Counted from the stretch's first letter, positions 19,076 through 29,567 are shown. The stretch: 64,000 nucleotides of DNA from Candidatus Woesearchaeota archaeon (GCA_965205335.1 OZ242164.1:320001-384000); one strand, 5' to 3'. Numbers and translations: made by a program. The notes: generated by a model from the letters alone, not told the origin.

Positions 19076-21136
19076 CTAAGTATCTTCATCTAAATACAAT
19101 TCTAAAGAATTCTTTTGAATTTCATATTTTTCAAATAATAAATCTATTACCCTTAGTATATTATAAACTGAAAAATTTCCTTCTACAAAAACGTCTTCAA
19201 CAATTTCTAATCCTCTCCTTAAATCATCTTTACTTTTAGAAAAATATTTTCTATTGCTTCCTTTTATTTCTTGAGTTTCTATTAAACTTACAAATAATGC
19301 TGGAGATTTACCATATAATTCTCTACATATTTCCATTAAAAATTCTATCCAACTATTAACTTTTTTTTCTGATTCTAAGAATTTATAACTACCAATTCTC
19401 TTACCTTTTAATTCAGAATAATCTACTATATCCTCAAAATTAAATATAAAATTCTCCTTTTTATTTGGTTTAAAACTGCTTTCTTGATATTCCCAAATCT
19501 CCAATGCTCTATTTCTTAACTTACTTGCTCTTTTCTCTATGTCTCCTTTACTCCATGAAATTAGGTTTTCATCTTTAAAATAATTATTAAGAGTGTAATT
19601 TGATTTTTCTATAATAAATTCTTTCTTATCTTTAAAGGAATTATTCTTTATCACACTATTATCTCCTTTATCTATTAGTGTTAAATTTCCAAGTGTATTC
19701 AAATATTTCTCATAAATTCTCTCCCAATCTTCTCCCAATTCATTTTTCCAAGAATTTGTCAAAGTTTTAGGCATGATGTGTTCAATTGATGCTTCTTCAA
19801 TATTTATGATATTTCTTTTTTCATAACTCTCTAACTTGCTAAAGAAATAATTTTTGTATTTGCCTTGCATATTATAAATCTCTTTCTGTAATATCTTTTC
19901 TCCAAATTCTTCATCCTTTGGAAGTCTCTGAGATTGTTGTTTGTTATTTAATAAATACTTAAAAACTTCAAAATAATTCTCCTTATATCTCTTATGATTT
20001 TTTATATCTCGTCCAAGAGTCATAAATATTTTATTTAGAGCATTTGTAGGAACTTCACAAATAATCCTCCTTAAAATAAATATTTCTAAATAGTTTAATA
20101 CATTTTCCAAGATATTTTCATCTATAATTTCATTTTCTAAATCATCTAATAATTCCAAAAGAAAAGGGTAAGAGACTGAAATCCCCAAATCATTAATATT
20201 CTTTAATAAGTTTTTTATTCTTACATTTTCTGACTTACAATTTATCAAATTTTCATAATACTCTGAAAATCTTTTCAAATCAATTAATAAATCCTCTATT
20301 TCTTCTTTATATGGATCTCTCTTTAAAACAAACTTCTTGAAATCTTCGTATACGTTTTCTCCTTTTGGAATTAACCTATTCCTTAAAGTCAAATAATCTC
20401 TTACAAACCTACTCACCTGATGGTTTGTATTTTTTTCAATTAAACTCCAATATTTCTCATATAATTCCTCCTGATTCTCTTGTTTCATTAAAATGAAATT
20501 CCTAACTAAATCTGATTGTTCCAAGCCCAGTCCTGTTGAATTTATACTCTCAAATATCAATTGTGGGTCATCTTTTCCTTTTTCTAAGTCTATATCTACT
20601 ACAAATAATTTATTTAATGTTTCATAAAACTCTTTTAATCCATTTTTATCAAAATCTTTTAGTCTATTTTTAATAAATAAGAAGTTTTTAGTTATTTTAG
20701 ATTCTGTATTTAATTCCTCATTATTTAATAATTTTTTAAAAGCACCATAATCTTCCTTTATTGGTTTTAATTTTATTCTTTCATTATCATTTTTAGCCCA
20801 TTTATTTATCAAGTAAGTTTCTTTTATCTTTTCTTTTAGTTCTTCATCTTCAATTAAATCTATAATTGCTAATAAAATAAGTGAAATTGTCGTAAGTCTT
20901 TGTTGCCCATCTATTACTAAATATTCATCGCTACCTTCTTTTTTTCCATTATTTATATATACAATAGAACCAATAAAATAATATTCGACATTACTACTGC
21001 GAGAAAAAATTATATCTTCTATTAATTTTCCACATTGTTTTTCTGTCCATTCATAATTTCTTTGATAAATTGGTATTTTGAATATTTTATCTGAACCCTC
21101 AAAAAATCTTAATATTGGCTTCTCAGATGCTTTCAT
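19076..21136 (-). CDS. DUF262 + DUF1524 (HNH) protein, GmrSD-like type IV restriction enzyme, with an extra C-terminal domain
   Basis: IPIYQRNYEW, VIDGQQRLTT, FESINSTG, SIEHIMP and LGNLTL..N motifs. Confidence 0.9.
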   Translation of the reverse strand: MKASEKPILRFFEGSDKIFKIPIYQRNYEWTEKQCGKLIEDIIFSRSSNVEYYFIGSIVYINNGKKEGSDEYLVIDGQQRLTTISLILLAIIDLIEDEELKEKIKETYLINKWAKNDNERIKLKPIKEDYGAFKKLLNNEELNTESKITKNFLFIKNRLKDFDKNGLKEFYETLNKLFVVDIDLEKGKDDPQLIFESINSTGLGLEQSDLVRNFILMKQENQEELYEKYWSLIEKNTNHQVSRFVRDYLTLRNRLIPKGENVYEDFKKFVLKRDPYKEEIEDLLIDLKRFSEYYENLINCKSENVRIKNLLKNINDLGISVSYPFLLELLDDLENEIIDENILENVLNYLEIFILRRIICEVPTNALNKIFMTLGRDIKNHKRYKENYFEVFKYLLNNKQQSQRLPKDEEFGEKILQKEIYNMQGKYKNYFFSKLESYEKRNIINIEEASIEHIMPKTLTNSWKNELGEDWERIYEKYLNTLGNLTLIDKGDNSVIKNNSFKDKKEFIIEKSNYTLNNYFKDENLISWSKGDIEKRASKLRNRALEIWEYQESSFKPNKKENFIFNFEDIVDYSELKGKRIGSYKFLESEKKVNSWIEFLMEICRELYGKSPALFVSLIETQEIKGSNRKYFSKSKDDLRRGLEIVEDVFVEGNFSVYNILRVIDLLFEKYEIQKNSLELYLDEDT

Positions 21137-21305
21137 AACATAAAAATTTCTCTTCTTTGCCTTAAAAAAGTTTTGGTGCAAATTCGGCTATCTTTTCTAC
21201 CTTGTAACATACTATTTATACTAAGAATGATGTAAACTAAATCAAAGAATTTGAGCAAAAATTTAAAGAAGTTTTATTATCAAATTAATTTAGCAATGAT
21301 TGTGT

Positions 21306-21725
21306 TTAAGAATATCCTGCTTTTTTTAGTTCTTTGACAATAATTTTAAAAGTTTTATCTAAATATTCTCTTTTCACTTCATGCTCAAAGAATCTCAGCA
21401 CTTTCCATCCTTCATTTTCAAGTTCACGAGTTACAACTTTATCTCTTATAGTATTTTTTAGAATTTTCTCATTCCAGAATTTCTTGTTGGTTTTAGGTGC
21501 TTTATAATGTTCAGGACATTTATGCCAGAAACATCCGTCAATAAATATTACTATTTTATATTTAGTAAAAGCAATATCCGGTTTCCCAATTAAATTATAA
21601 TTTACCCTATATCCTACAATTTTTTCTTTATATAATTTTTTTCTTAATAATAATTCAGGTTTAGTATCTCTACCTCTTATCTGAGACATATTATAACTTC
21701 TTTGTTCCTTAGTTAAAACATCCAT
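21306..21725 (-). CDS. vsr: Very short patch repair endonuclease
   Basis: RSYNMSQIRGRDTKPE, GKPD and FIDGCFWHKC motifs. Confidence 0.95.
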   Translation of the reverse strand: MDVLTKEQRSYNMSQIRGRDTKPELLLRKKLYKEKIVGYRVNYNLIGKPDIAFTKYKIVIFIDGCFWHKCPEHYKAPKTNKKFWNEKILKNTIRDKVVTRELENEGWKVLRFFEHEVKREYLDKTFKIIVKELKKAGYS

Positions 21726-21982
21726 TGTATTGATAAATTTGAAGAGTCGTTATATTTTTCTTCATATTTATTCATTGATAAGGTTATTTATATATATTTC
21801 CAGCAAAATACCCTGAGTGGAATTGAGTTTTTCTTTACACTTTATTAAGTGAAGGGAATTTTTTGAAGATTATGATGATTTAATTAATAAAATGAGAAGA
21901 AAATGAATAATGTCATGGGGTGTAACTCCTATTGTTAAAAACGAAAATTTTTTATATGATTGAATATAAATTAAAATTAGAT

Positions 21983-23209
21983 ATGAAAGAATTTAATTTT
22001 TTGGAGTTGTTTGCAGGAATAGGCGGATTAAGTGAGGGATTTATTTCGGAAGGTTTTGAGCCTATTACCTTAATTGAGAAAGACAAATATTGCTGTGAAA
22101 CACTAAAAACAAGACATGCTTACCACTATCTTAAAAAAAATAAGCAAAGAAGAATATATGATAAATACTTAAAAGGAGAATTAAGCAAAGAAGGCTTCTA
22201 CTCAAAAATTCCCGAAGATATATTAAATAGTGTTATCTGTGAAGAAATAAATAGTGAAAACCTTAAAGATATTATTAAGAAAATAAAGCAGAAATTGAAA
22301 AAAAGGAATTTAGATATTATTTTAGGAGGTCCTCCTTGTCAAGCATATTCAACCAGCGGAAGATTTTATATTAAGAGAAATAGAAATGATGAAAGATTGA
22401 GTTTATATAAATATTATGTGAGCATATTGAAAGAATTTAAACCGAAATTGTTCTTATTTGAAAACGTTATGGGACTTCTTTCTTTAGATAAAGGAAAACA
22501 ATTTAAAAAAGTTAAAAATGCATTTCAAGAAGCAAATTATAATATCTCATACGAAATATTAGATGCAAATGACTATGGAATATTACAGAGAAGAAGAAGA
22601 ATTATATTGATTGGAATAAGAAAAGATTTAAACACAAAGTTCAATTTTGAAAGTTTAACTAAAATAGAAAATAAATGGAAAGTAGCAGATGCATTGGATG
22701 ATTTAGGAAAATTAAAACAAAGTGAGGAAAAAAAAGAATATGAGAAAATCCCAAATAAATACTTAAAAAAATTTAGAATCAGAGGACAAAGAGACATTCT
22801 AACATGTCATAAGGCGAGATTTACAAATAAGAGAGATTTAGAGATATATAGAGAAGTTATTAAAACATGGAATAAAACTAAAAAGAGATTTAAATACAAC
22901 ACATTAAAGAAAGAATTAATAACTCATAAAAACAATAACACATTTTTAGACAGATTTAAGGTTGTTGCATCTGATTTGCCTCATTGTCATACAATGGTGG
23001 CTCATATATCTCAAGATGGACATTATTACATACACCCCGATATAAAACAAAATAGAAGTATAACTCCAAGAGAAGCAGCGAGAATACAATCGTTTCCCGA
23101 CAATTACTTTTTTGAAGGTCCAAGAACATCACAATTTAAACAGATAGGAAATGCTGTTCCTCCTATCTTATCAAATGTATTAGCAAAAGAGGTGAAAGAG
23201 ATATTATGA
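21983..23209 (+). CDS. dcm: DNA (cytosine-5) methyltransferase
   Basis: LFAGIGG, GGPPCQ, ENV, QRRRR, REAARIQSFPD and QIGNAVPP motifs. Confidence 0.95.
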   Translation: MKEFNFLELFAGIGGLSEGFISEGFEPITLIEKDKYCCETLKTRHAYHYLKKNKQRRIYDKYLKGELSKEGFYSKIPEDILNSVICEEINSENLKDIIKKIKQKLKKRNLDIILGGPPCQAYSTSGRFYIKRNRNDERLSLYKYYVSILKEFKPKLFLFENVMGLLSLDKGKQFKKVKNAFQEANYNISYEILDANDYGILQRRRRIILIGIRKDLNTKFNFESLTKIENKWKVADALDDLGKLKQSEEKKEYEKIPNKYLKKFRIRGQRDILTCHKARFTNKRDLEIYREVIKTWNKTKKRFKYNTLKKELITHKNNNTFLDRFKVVASDLPHCHTMVAHISQDGHYYIHPDIKQNRSITPREAARIQSFPDNYFFEGPRTSQFKQIGNAVPPILSNVLAKEVKEIL

Positions 23210-23266
23210 TACACCAATTAAATCATAACAAAAAGATGACATTAATATTTTATGAGGTATTAGAGA

Positions 23267-25396
23267 ATGACAGATGATAAAAAACTATTTTTTAGACCTA
23301 AAGCAAGGATAATTAATACATTAGGTAGAGATCTGATAAGCAATGATCGTACTGCACTTTCTGAATTAGTGAAAAATAGTTATGATGCACATTCTCCTGA
23401 AGTAGAAATTATTTTTGATGGTAACGTTAAATTAAGAAAAGATTGTACCGAGAAAGGTAAAGATCCCTATTATATAAGAGGTAAAGGAAGTAGAATTTTG
23501 ATAATTGATGAAGGTGTAGGTATGAATATGGATATTATAAAAAATGCTTGGATGGAGCCAGCAACGGATTACAAAATATTGGAAAGAAAAAATTCTGAAA
23601 AGGGAAGAAAATTATTAGGTGAGAAAGGGGTGGGAAGATTTGCAGCCTCTAAAATTGCTAAGAAACTTTTAATGTATACTAAGACAGAAAAGACAAATGA
23701 AATAGAAATTGAGTTTGATTGGTCTTTATTTGAGAAAGGAGATTACCTTGACAGAATGAAGTTTGATTATGAGGAAAACCAAAAGAGTAAAATAATAAAT
23801 TCAAATTCAGGAACAACATTAATATTAGAAGACTTAAACACTGATTGGACACAAAAGGATTTAGAAGAGTTAAAAGGTTCTCTCTCACGACTCATTAATC
23901 CATTTGAACCTTTATCTGACTTCAGTATTAATTTAACACTTCCAGAACAATTTAGTAAACTCTCAGGTATAATTAAACCACCACCTGCTTTTGAAAAACC
24001 TCACTATATAATAAAAGGGAATGTTGACAATGAGGGAAATGCGTATCTTGAGTATTTTACTAGAAAGAAAAATAATAGGGAGACTTTTGATGTTAGTCTA
24101 GTTCTAAAACCAAGTAGAGAGCCAAGATGTGGTGTATTTGAGTTTGAGTTCAGAGTTTGGGATTTGGATTCTTGGGTCCTAAAAGAAACAATAAGTGAAC
24201 TTAAACTGGATGGAGATGTTACAGTTTCAGATATAAAAAATGATTTAAAAGTAGCAGGAGGAATAAGCATATTTAGAGATAATTTTAGAGTATTGCCTTA
24301 TGGTGAACCGGGAGTTGATTGGTTAAGGTTAGATGCGATGAGAATAAATAATCCTACAATGAAACTTAGTAACAATCAGATTGTAGGTTATGTCTCAATT
24401 AGTTTACAAGATAATCCGAAGTTAAAAGATCAGACAAACCGAGAAGGAATAGTAGATAGTCAATCTTTTACAGATTTAAAGGATTTAGTAAAAGCATTAT
24501 TAAATCAACTTGAAATTAGAAGATATGAAGAAAGACCAAGAAAAGCAGAACCTGCTGTTGAAACAAGAGCACTTTTTGATATTGATATTAAGGACTTGGA
24601 AAGCATAGTTGTAAAGAAATTACCACAAGATAAGGAAGTAAAAGCTGTATTAGATTATACAAAAAGGGATATTAATAAAAGAGTTGAAAAATTTAAAGAG
24701 ATAGTCTCAAGATATAAAAGATTGTCGACTCTTGGTCAATTAGTGGATATAGTTTTACATGATGCAAATGAGATGTTATATGGTATTGAATTACACTTAG
24801 ATATTATAAAAAAAGAATTAAAAAAAGATATTGATAATTATAACAAAATTGTTGATAGGTTAAATCAGATAGATAAAACTAGAAAAATTTCATCAGATTT
24901 ATTTATGAAATTAGAACCATTTAGTGGAAGAAAAAGAGACAAGCCAAAGAATATACTTATAGAGAAGGTAATTAGCAATGTACTTACTTTATATAAATCT
25001 GAAATAGAAAGATTAAAGATTAATATAATTGTACCAAAAGGAGAACATGTTATAAAAATAATAGAATCTGATCTGCATTTGATTATAATCAACTTGCTTA
25101 CTAACTCATTATATTGGCTGGAAACTATTAAGTATGAAAGAAAACTTTCAATTGAAATATTTCAGGAAAATGAAGAATTATGCATTGTCTTTAGTGACAA
25201 TGGATCTGGAATAAAAGATGAACATAAAGATTTAATTTTTGAACCCTATTTCTCAACCAAACCAGAAGGAACTGGTTTAGGTTTAACAATAGTAGGCGAA
25301 ATAGTTTCAGAGAATAATGGTTCATTAGAATTAATATCGGATGGTACATATAAAGGGGCCTCATTTAAAATAACTTTTAAAAATGAAAAAAATTAA
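23267..25396 (+). CDS. GHKL (MORC/Hsp90-like) ATPase fused to a C-terminal histidine kinase
   Basis: N-terminal ELVKNSYDA, DEGVGM, GEKGVGRFA and GTT. C-terminal H-box VLHDANE, N-box NLLTNS, DNGSGI, FEPYFSTK and GTGLGL. Confidence 0.9.
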   Translation: MTDDKKLFFRPKARIINTLGRDLISNDRTALSELVKNSYDAHSPEVEIIFDGNVKLRKDCTEKGKDPYYIRGKGSRILIIDEGVGMNMDIIKNAWMEPATDYKILERKNSEKGRKLLGEKGVGRFAASKIAKKLLMYTKTEKTNEIEIEFDWSLFEKGDYLDRMKFDYEENQKSKIINSNSGTTLILEDLNTDWTQKDLEELKGSLSRLINPFEPLSDFSINLTLPEQFSKLSGIIKPPPAFEKPHYIIKGNVDNEGNAYLEYFTRKKNNRETFDVSLVLKPSREPRCGVFEFEFRVWDLDSWVLKETISELKLDGDVTVSDIKNDLKVAGGISIFRDNFRVLPYGEPGVDWLRLDAMRINNPTMKLSNNQIVGYVSISLQDNPKLKDQTNREGIVDSQSFTDLKDLVKALLNQLEIRRYEERPRKAEPAVETRALFDIDIKDLESIVVKKLPQDKEVKAVLDYTKRDINKRVEKFKEIVSRYKRLSTLGQLVDIVLHDANEMLYGIELHLDIIKKELKKDIDNYNKIVDRLNQIDKTRKISSDLFMKLEPFSGRKRDKPKNILIEKVISNVLTLYKSEIERLKINIIVPKGEHVIKIIESDLHLIIINLLTNSLYWLETIKYERKLSIEIFQENEELCIVFSDNGSGIKDEHKDLIFEPYFSTKPEGTGLGLTIVGEIVSENNGSLELISDGTYKGASFKITFKNEKN

Positions 25397-26483
25397 AATT
25401 CTAATTGTTGATGATAACAAAGAATTTGCAGAAGATACATCTGAAGTACTTAATGAGAGTATTTTGAAAGATAATTATGAGTTGGAGTGTTATTGTGAAA
25501 CTGATTTTGATAATGCAATAGAAAAAATAACTGAATTAGAAATTGATGTGATAGTATTGGATGTCTTTAAAGGAGATGTTTCTGAGAGCAACCCACAGAA
25601 GTGTGGAGATTCTGTTTTTAATAAACTTCGTGAAAATATTTTTGTACCGGTGATATTTAATACTGGCTTAATCAATCACGTAAAGCCTTATGAATCAAAT
25701 GTAGTTAGAATTGTAAGAAAAGGAGATAATAGCATTGAAAATATAAAAAATGAGATAGAAAATTTAATCGATAAGAAGATCTTAGATATAAGAAAAAGAC
25801 TTCTGAGTTATGTTGAGAGTTCTCTAAAAGATTACTTTTGGGATTTTGTTTATACTGAGAGAGATAAACTTAAGGATTTAGATTCAAAAGATATCACATT
25901 TAATTATTTATTTGCCAGAAGATTTAACTCACTAATGGGAAAAAATCTACTAAAGGTGCTCGGTTGTGGTGATGAACTTGGAAAATATGTTCACCCTTTA
26001 GTTTGTTATATTTACCCTCAGATAGAAGAAGAAAATTATGTTGCAGGTGAGATTATCAAGAAGGATAATAGTTATTATGTTTTGTTAACTCCCAATTGTG
26101 ATCTGGTTAGGGGTGGAAGAAGAAATGCAACTAATAGTGTTTTAATTGCCAAATGTATAAAACTTATAGATACAGATAAATATAAAGATTACATACAAGA
26201 TAATTCAGATAAAAATAAAGATAAATTAAAAAAATTTTTGACAGCAAATAATAATACAAGATATTTCTATATGCCTAAAACTATATTTATTGATGATTTA
26301 ATCATTGATCTAACTTTAATTGAGAATATTGAATATGATTCATTAACAAATGACTTTGAAAGAGTTGCAAGACTGGCAGATCCATATAGTCAGGCGGTTT
26401 CAACGCAATTTGCAAGACATTATAACAGAGTTGGAACAGATGACTTAGACATAGATAAGATTATAGAAAATTATTCCTCTTAA
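25383..26483 (+). CDS. Response-regulator receiver domain fused to an uncharacterised C-terminal domain
   Basis: ILIVDD, IVLDV and PVIFNTG receiver motifs; C-terminal VLLTPNCDL...YNRVG. Overlaps the kinase gene. Confidence 0.85.
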   Translation: MKKIKILIVDDNKEFAEDTSEVLNESILKDNYELECYCETDFDNAIEKITELEIDVIVLDVFKGDVSESNPQKCGDSVFNKLRENIFVPVIFNTGLINHVKPYESNVVRIVRKGDNSIENIKNEIENLIDKKILDIRKRLLSYVESSLKDYFWDFVYTERDKLKDLDSKDITFNYLFARRFNSLMGKNLLKVLGCGDELGKYVHPLVCYIYPQIEEENYVAGEIIKKDNSYYVLLTPNCDLVRGGRRNATNSVLIAKCIKLIDTDKYKDYIQDNSDKNKDKLKKFLTANNNTRYFYMPKTIFIDDLIIDLTLIENIEYDSLTNDFERVARLADPYSQAVSTQFARHYNRVGTDDLDIDKIIENYSS

Positions 26484-26650
26484 ATTATTAAATTCTGATT
26501 CTATTTATTTATTTTTCTATTTTTTATTATAATTTTAATATATACTTCTAGTTGTTTTAGATATTCCGAGGTAATTTTTAATGTCCAAGATATAATTTTT
26601 TTAGGAGATTTTTTCTGATTTCCAATACTTTTAAAGGTGTGGATTTATGT

Positions 26651-27056
26651 TGTCTTTGGTTTTTATCTAAGAATAAAAAGAGAAAAGAAGAGATTCTATT
26701 TATTGATGCTCGTAATATGGGAGAGATGGTCACAAGAAGACATAGAGAATTATCAAATGAGGATATACAAAAGATTTCTAAAACATATCATATATGGAAA
26801 GGAACTGAGAAAGGGGAATATGAAAATGTTAAGGGTTTTTGCAAAAGTGCCTCACTTGATGAGGTTGAGAAACATGATTTCATTTTAACACCCGGAAGAT
26901 ATGTTGGAATTGCAGAGGTTGAGGAGGACAGTGAACCTTTGATAAGAAGATGAACAGATTGGTTAAAGAATTGGATGAGGAGTTTAAGAAGAGTGATGAA
27001 TTGGAGAAAGAAATTAAAAAGAATTTAAAGGGCATTGGATTTGAGGTGAAACAATG
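26651..27056 (+). pseudogene. Inverted, frameshifted copy of the 3' ~400 bp of the second hsdM
   Basis: Near-identical to the reverse complement of 30888-31292, with a 1-nt deletion near 26940. Confidence 0.85.
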
Positions 27057-27165
27057 AGAAAATTCAAAGAAAGTGAAATTGGAAGGGTGACAAGAGGTTT
27101 AAATGGGAATAAATAAAAAAGAAATTGATGATTTGAAGAAATCCTATGAATTAAAAGTTGAAAAA
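27053..27165 (+). pseudogene. Fragments: an hsdS-like start (MRKFKESEIGR) and a third copy of the (MS/MG)I.KKEIDDLKKSYELKV gene start
   Basis: Hand translation; nucleotide match to 29510-29567 on the reverse strand. Confidence 0.65.
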
Positions 27166-27246
27166 AATGATAATAGTATTGAGTTTATAACCTATCTAAT
27201 GGACTTAATAAAACAAAGTTATGAAAGTAATAAATGAATAAGACAG

Positions 27247-27294
27247 AATTATTCATCGAAAATTGCTCTATTTCTTGAATTTCTGGACAAAGTC
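27247..27294. mobile_element. Partial copy of the MITE (one end)
   Basis: Matches 4161-4208, including the flanking CGGAATTC. CTTATAAA starts 14 bp later, at 27309. Confidence 0.8.
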
Positions 27295-27338
27295 CGGAAT
27301 TCCTTAAACTTATAAATAAATATTTATGTATTTATGTT

Positions 27339-27497
27339 ATGATAAAAAAATCAAATGAGAAATCAAAAGAAAATATTATATTAGAAACTGATAAAAACAT
27401 AATAGTAACTAATAAAGAAGTTTTGGAAACTTTGAAGGGAATTAAGAGAGGATTAGACGATTTTGCTGCAGGTAGATATACAATTAAAAATCAGTAA
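27339..27497 (+). CDS. Small orphan antitoxin-like protein (52 aa)
   Basis: Hand-read ORF ending LETLKGIKRGLDDFAAGRYTIKNQ. TATA box at 27309. Confidence 0.55.
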   Translation: MIKKSNEKSKENIILETDKNIIVTNKEVLETLKGIKRGLDDFAAGRYTIKNQ

Positions 27498-27525
27498 TTT
27501 CATCTAATATTTTTGGCAACAACAA

Positions 27526-27705
27526 TTTAATTATTTGATTAATAACTTCTTGTTGTTTTTTATCACCACTTTTTTTTCTAATCAAAATCAAAACCAATAT
27601 TATTTTATTATTATTATCCTTTTTTAAATAATAGATTCTATAAGAACCAACTTTTCTTTCAAATAATATATTTTTTCAATAGGTTTCATATGTTTGTTAG
27701 GATTT
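27526..27705 (-). pseudogene. RelE-like toxin C-terminal fragment
   Basis: The minus strand reads ILFERKVGSYRIYYLKKDNNNKIILVLILIRKKSGDKKQQEVI. Confidence 0.55.
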
Positions 27706-27719
27706 GATTATTTTATAAA

Positions 27720-27808
27720 TTTACTTCTTTTTTAGAAGTAGTTGTTATAAGAACAGTATTAGATTATTTTAATCTTTCCTGTTACAGCATCATTCACAAT
27801 TGTTTTCC
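27720..27808 (-). repeat. Inverted diverged copy of the hsdS 3' end and its downstream DNA (about 12845-12932)
   Basis: The reverse complement contains gctgtaacaggaaagattaaaataatct...ttataacaac.acttctaaaaaagaagtaa. Confidence 0.75.
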
Positions 27809-27863
27809 CAAGCTATTTTTGCTATTTTCTTTGTTTTTAGATTTATATAATTTTTGGTAATTA

Positions 27864-27880
27864 GGCTCTGTGCGGAGATT
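27864..27880. mobile_element. Solo MITE/IS6-like end (GGCTCTGTGCGGAGATT)
   Basis: 15/17 match to the 61193 TIR. Lies 13 bp from minus-strand TTATATAA. Confidence 0.7.
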
Positions 27881-27931
27881 CAAATCAAGGAATTAATAGA
27901 TAGTAAAGTTGGTAAATTTTTAGGAAAAAGA

Positions 27932-28820
27932 TTAATTGTCAATGTAAATACAGGTTGTTTCCGCCTGTTTCATTACTAATATTAAGGCATCTTGTTGTTG
28001 TTCTGGAGGGTATTTATACTTTCTTAGTAATTTTTTGATTGTTAGTCTCATTGTGGCTCTTGCACTTTCTCTGATGTTCCAATCAACTGATTTGTTTTCT
28101 CTGATTGTAGTCACTAATTCTTTTGCAATATCTTTTAACACTTTTTCACTCATTACATCTCTGACTTCTTTTTTATTGCTTAATGCATCATAAAACGCAA
28201 TTTCATCTTCGTTCAGGTTTAGTCCTTCACCTCTTTTGTGCTCATCTCTGAGTTTTTTTCCAAGTTCAATTAGTTCTTCTATTATTTTTGCAGTTTCAAT
28301 GGTTCTGTTTTGGTATTTTAGGATGGAGGCTTTTAACATCTCAATAAATTTCATTTCCTGAACTTTGTTTTTTTTAAGTTTTACTTTAATTTCGTCATTT
28401 AATAATTTTTGAAGTAGTTCTAATGCCAAGTTCTTTTGTCGCATATGTCTTACTTCTTCTAAAAATTCGTCAGATAGAATTGAGAGGTTTGGTTTGTCAA
28501 TTCCTGCAACTTTGAAAATATCAACAACCTCATCTGATTTGATTGCTTTGGATACAATCTGAGATAACTTTAATTCTAGGTTTTGTTGAGTGGTTGCTTC
28601 GCTTTGAGTTTTATCAAGTTTGATTAATGAAGCTCTAATTGCTTTAAAGTATTCAATTTCGTTTGCAATTTTTAGTGCTTCATCACTTGATGCACAAAGA
28701 GAATGCGCTTTGAGTAATTCTGTGGTATGTTGGATGAATCTTTTTTTGCCATCTTTTTGGCTTAGGACGTGTTCCATTCCATTTGCAATTAGTTTGAATC
28801 TGTATTTTTTTCTGATTTAA
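27932..28820 (-). pseudogene. C-terminal fragment (DUF3387-like) of a second type I HsdR
   Basis: LSILSDEFLEEV, EIAFYDAL, SVDWNIRESARA and KYKYPP motifs. The nuclease and helicase domains are absent. Confidence 0.85.
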
Positions 28821-28968
28821 ATTTTATAAAATAAGATAAGGCATCATTATTGTTTTTAAGTAAATTGGTTACCTCTTTATATTTCTTATTTCTGATTAAA
28901 TTAAATATCTTAACTTTTAATTCGTAGGATTTCTTCAAATCATTAATTTCCTTTTTACTTATACTCAT
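28789..28968 (-). pseudogene. Truncated duplicate of the MSISKKEI gene, joined to the hsdR fragment
   Basis: Shares its N-terminus with 28965-29567. Confidence 0.65.
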
Positions 28969-29567
28969 TTTAAAATCTCCCAATATCCTGCACTTGTTTT
29001 TCCAATCCTTCTTACTGCATTCTTAGACTTCAACTTCTCAATGTATTCTTTAACTGTATCAGAACTAATACCTAACTTAATTGCCAACTCATTTCTTGAA
29101 ATTTTAGAATTTGTTTGTATTTCCAACAATATTTTTTTCTCCAACTCAGTAAGTTCAACTTGGGGGGTAACTTGGGGGGTGTCTTGGGGGGTGTCTTGGG
29201 GGGTAGAAACTCTTTCTTCAATATCTTTTTTTTGTAAATTTAAAAACTCTTTCTGCTGTTTTAAATACTCTTGTTGTTCATATCTTGCCTCTTTTTCCTC
29301 AATATATTTTTTTATCTTTTCTAATTCTGTTGATATTTTATTTTCTTTATAAGGACTGTAATGAATACCCCAACCATTAATACCAGATATAATAACTGAA
29401 CCACGTTTTTCTGATTCCAATTTCTTGAAATAAGATAAGGCTTCATTGTTCTTTTCAAGTAAATCTCTTGCTTTCTGTGTTTCATCCCTTTTAATTAAAT
29501 CAAATATCTTGACTTTTAATTCGTAGGATTTCTTCAAATCATCAATTTCTTTTTTACTTATACTCAT
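28965..29567 (-). CDS. Chimeric protein: unknown N-terminus + TPQ(D/V) repeats + a copy of the AlbA protein's wHTH
   Basis: The last ~65 aa are nearly identical to the C-terminus of 29564-30877. Part of a 599-bp-period tandem duplication. Confidence 0.65.
   Translation of the reverse strand: MSISKKEIDDLKKSYELKVKIFDLIKRDETQKARDLLEKNNEALSYFKKLESEKRGSVIISGINGWGIHYSPYKENKISTELEKIKKYIEEKEARYEQQEYLKQQKEFLNLQKKDIEERVSTPQDTPQDTPQVTPQVELTELEKKILLEIQTNSKISRNELAIKLGISSDTVKEYIEKLKSKNAVRRIGKTSAGYWEILK
29161..29204 (+). repeat. 12-bp tandem repeat, four G6 runs (encodes TPQD/TPQV)
   Basis: tggggggtaac ttggggggtgtc ttggggggtgtc ttggggggt. Only two units are present at 29759-29779. Confidence 0.85.
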
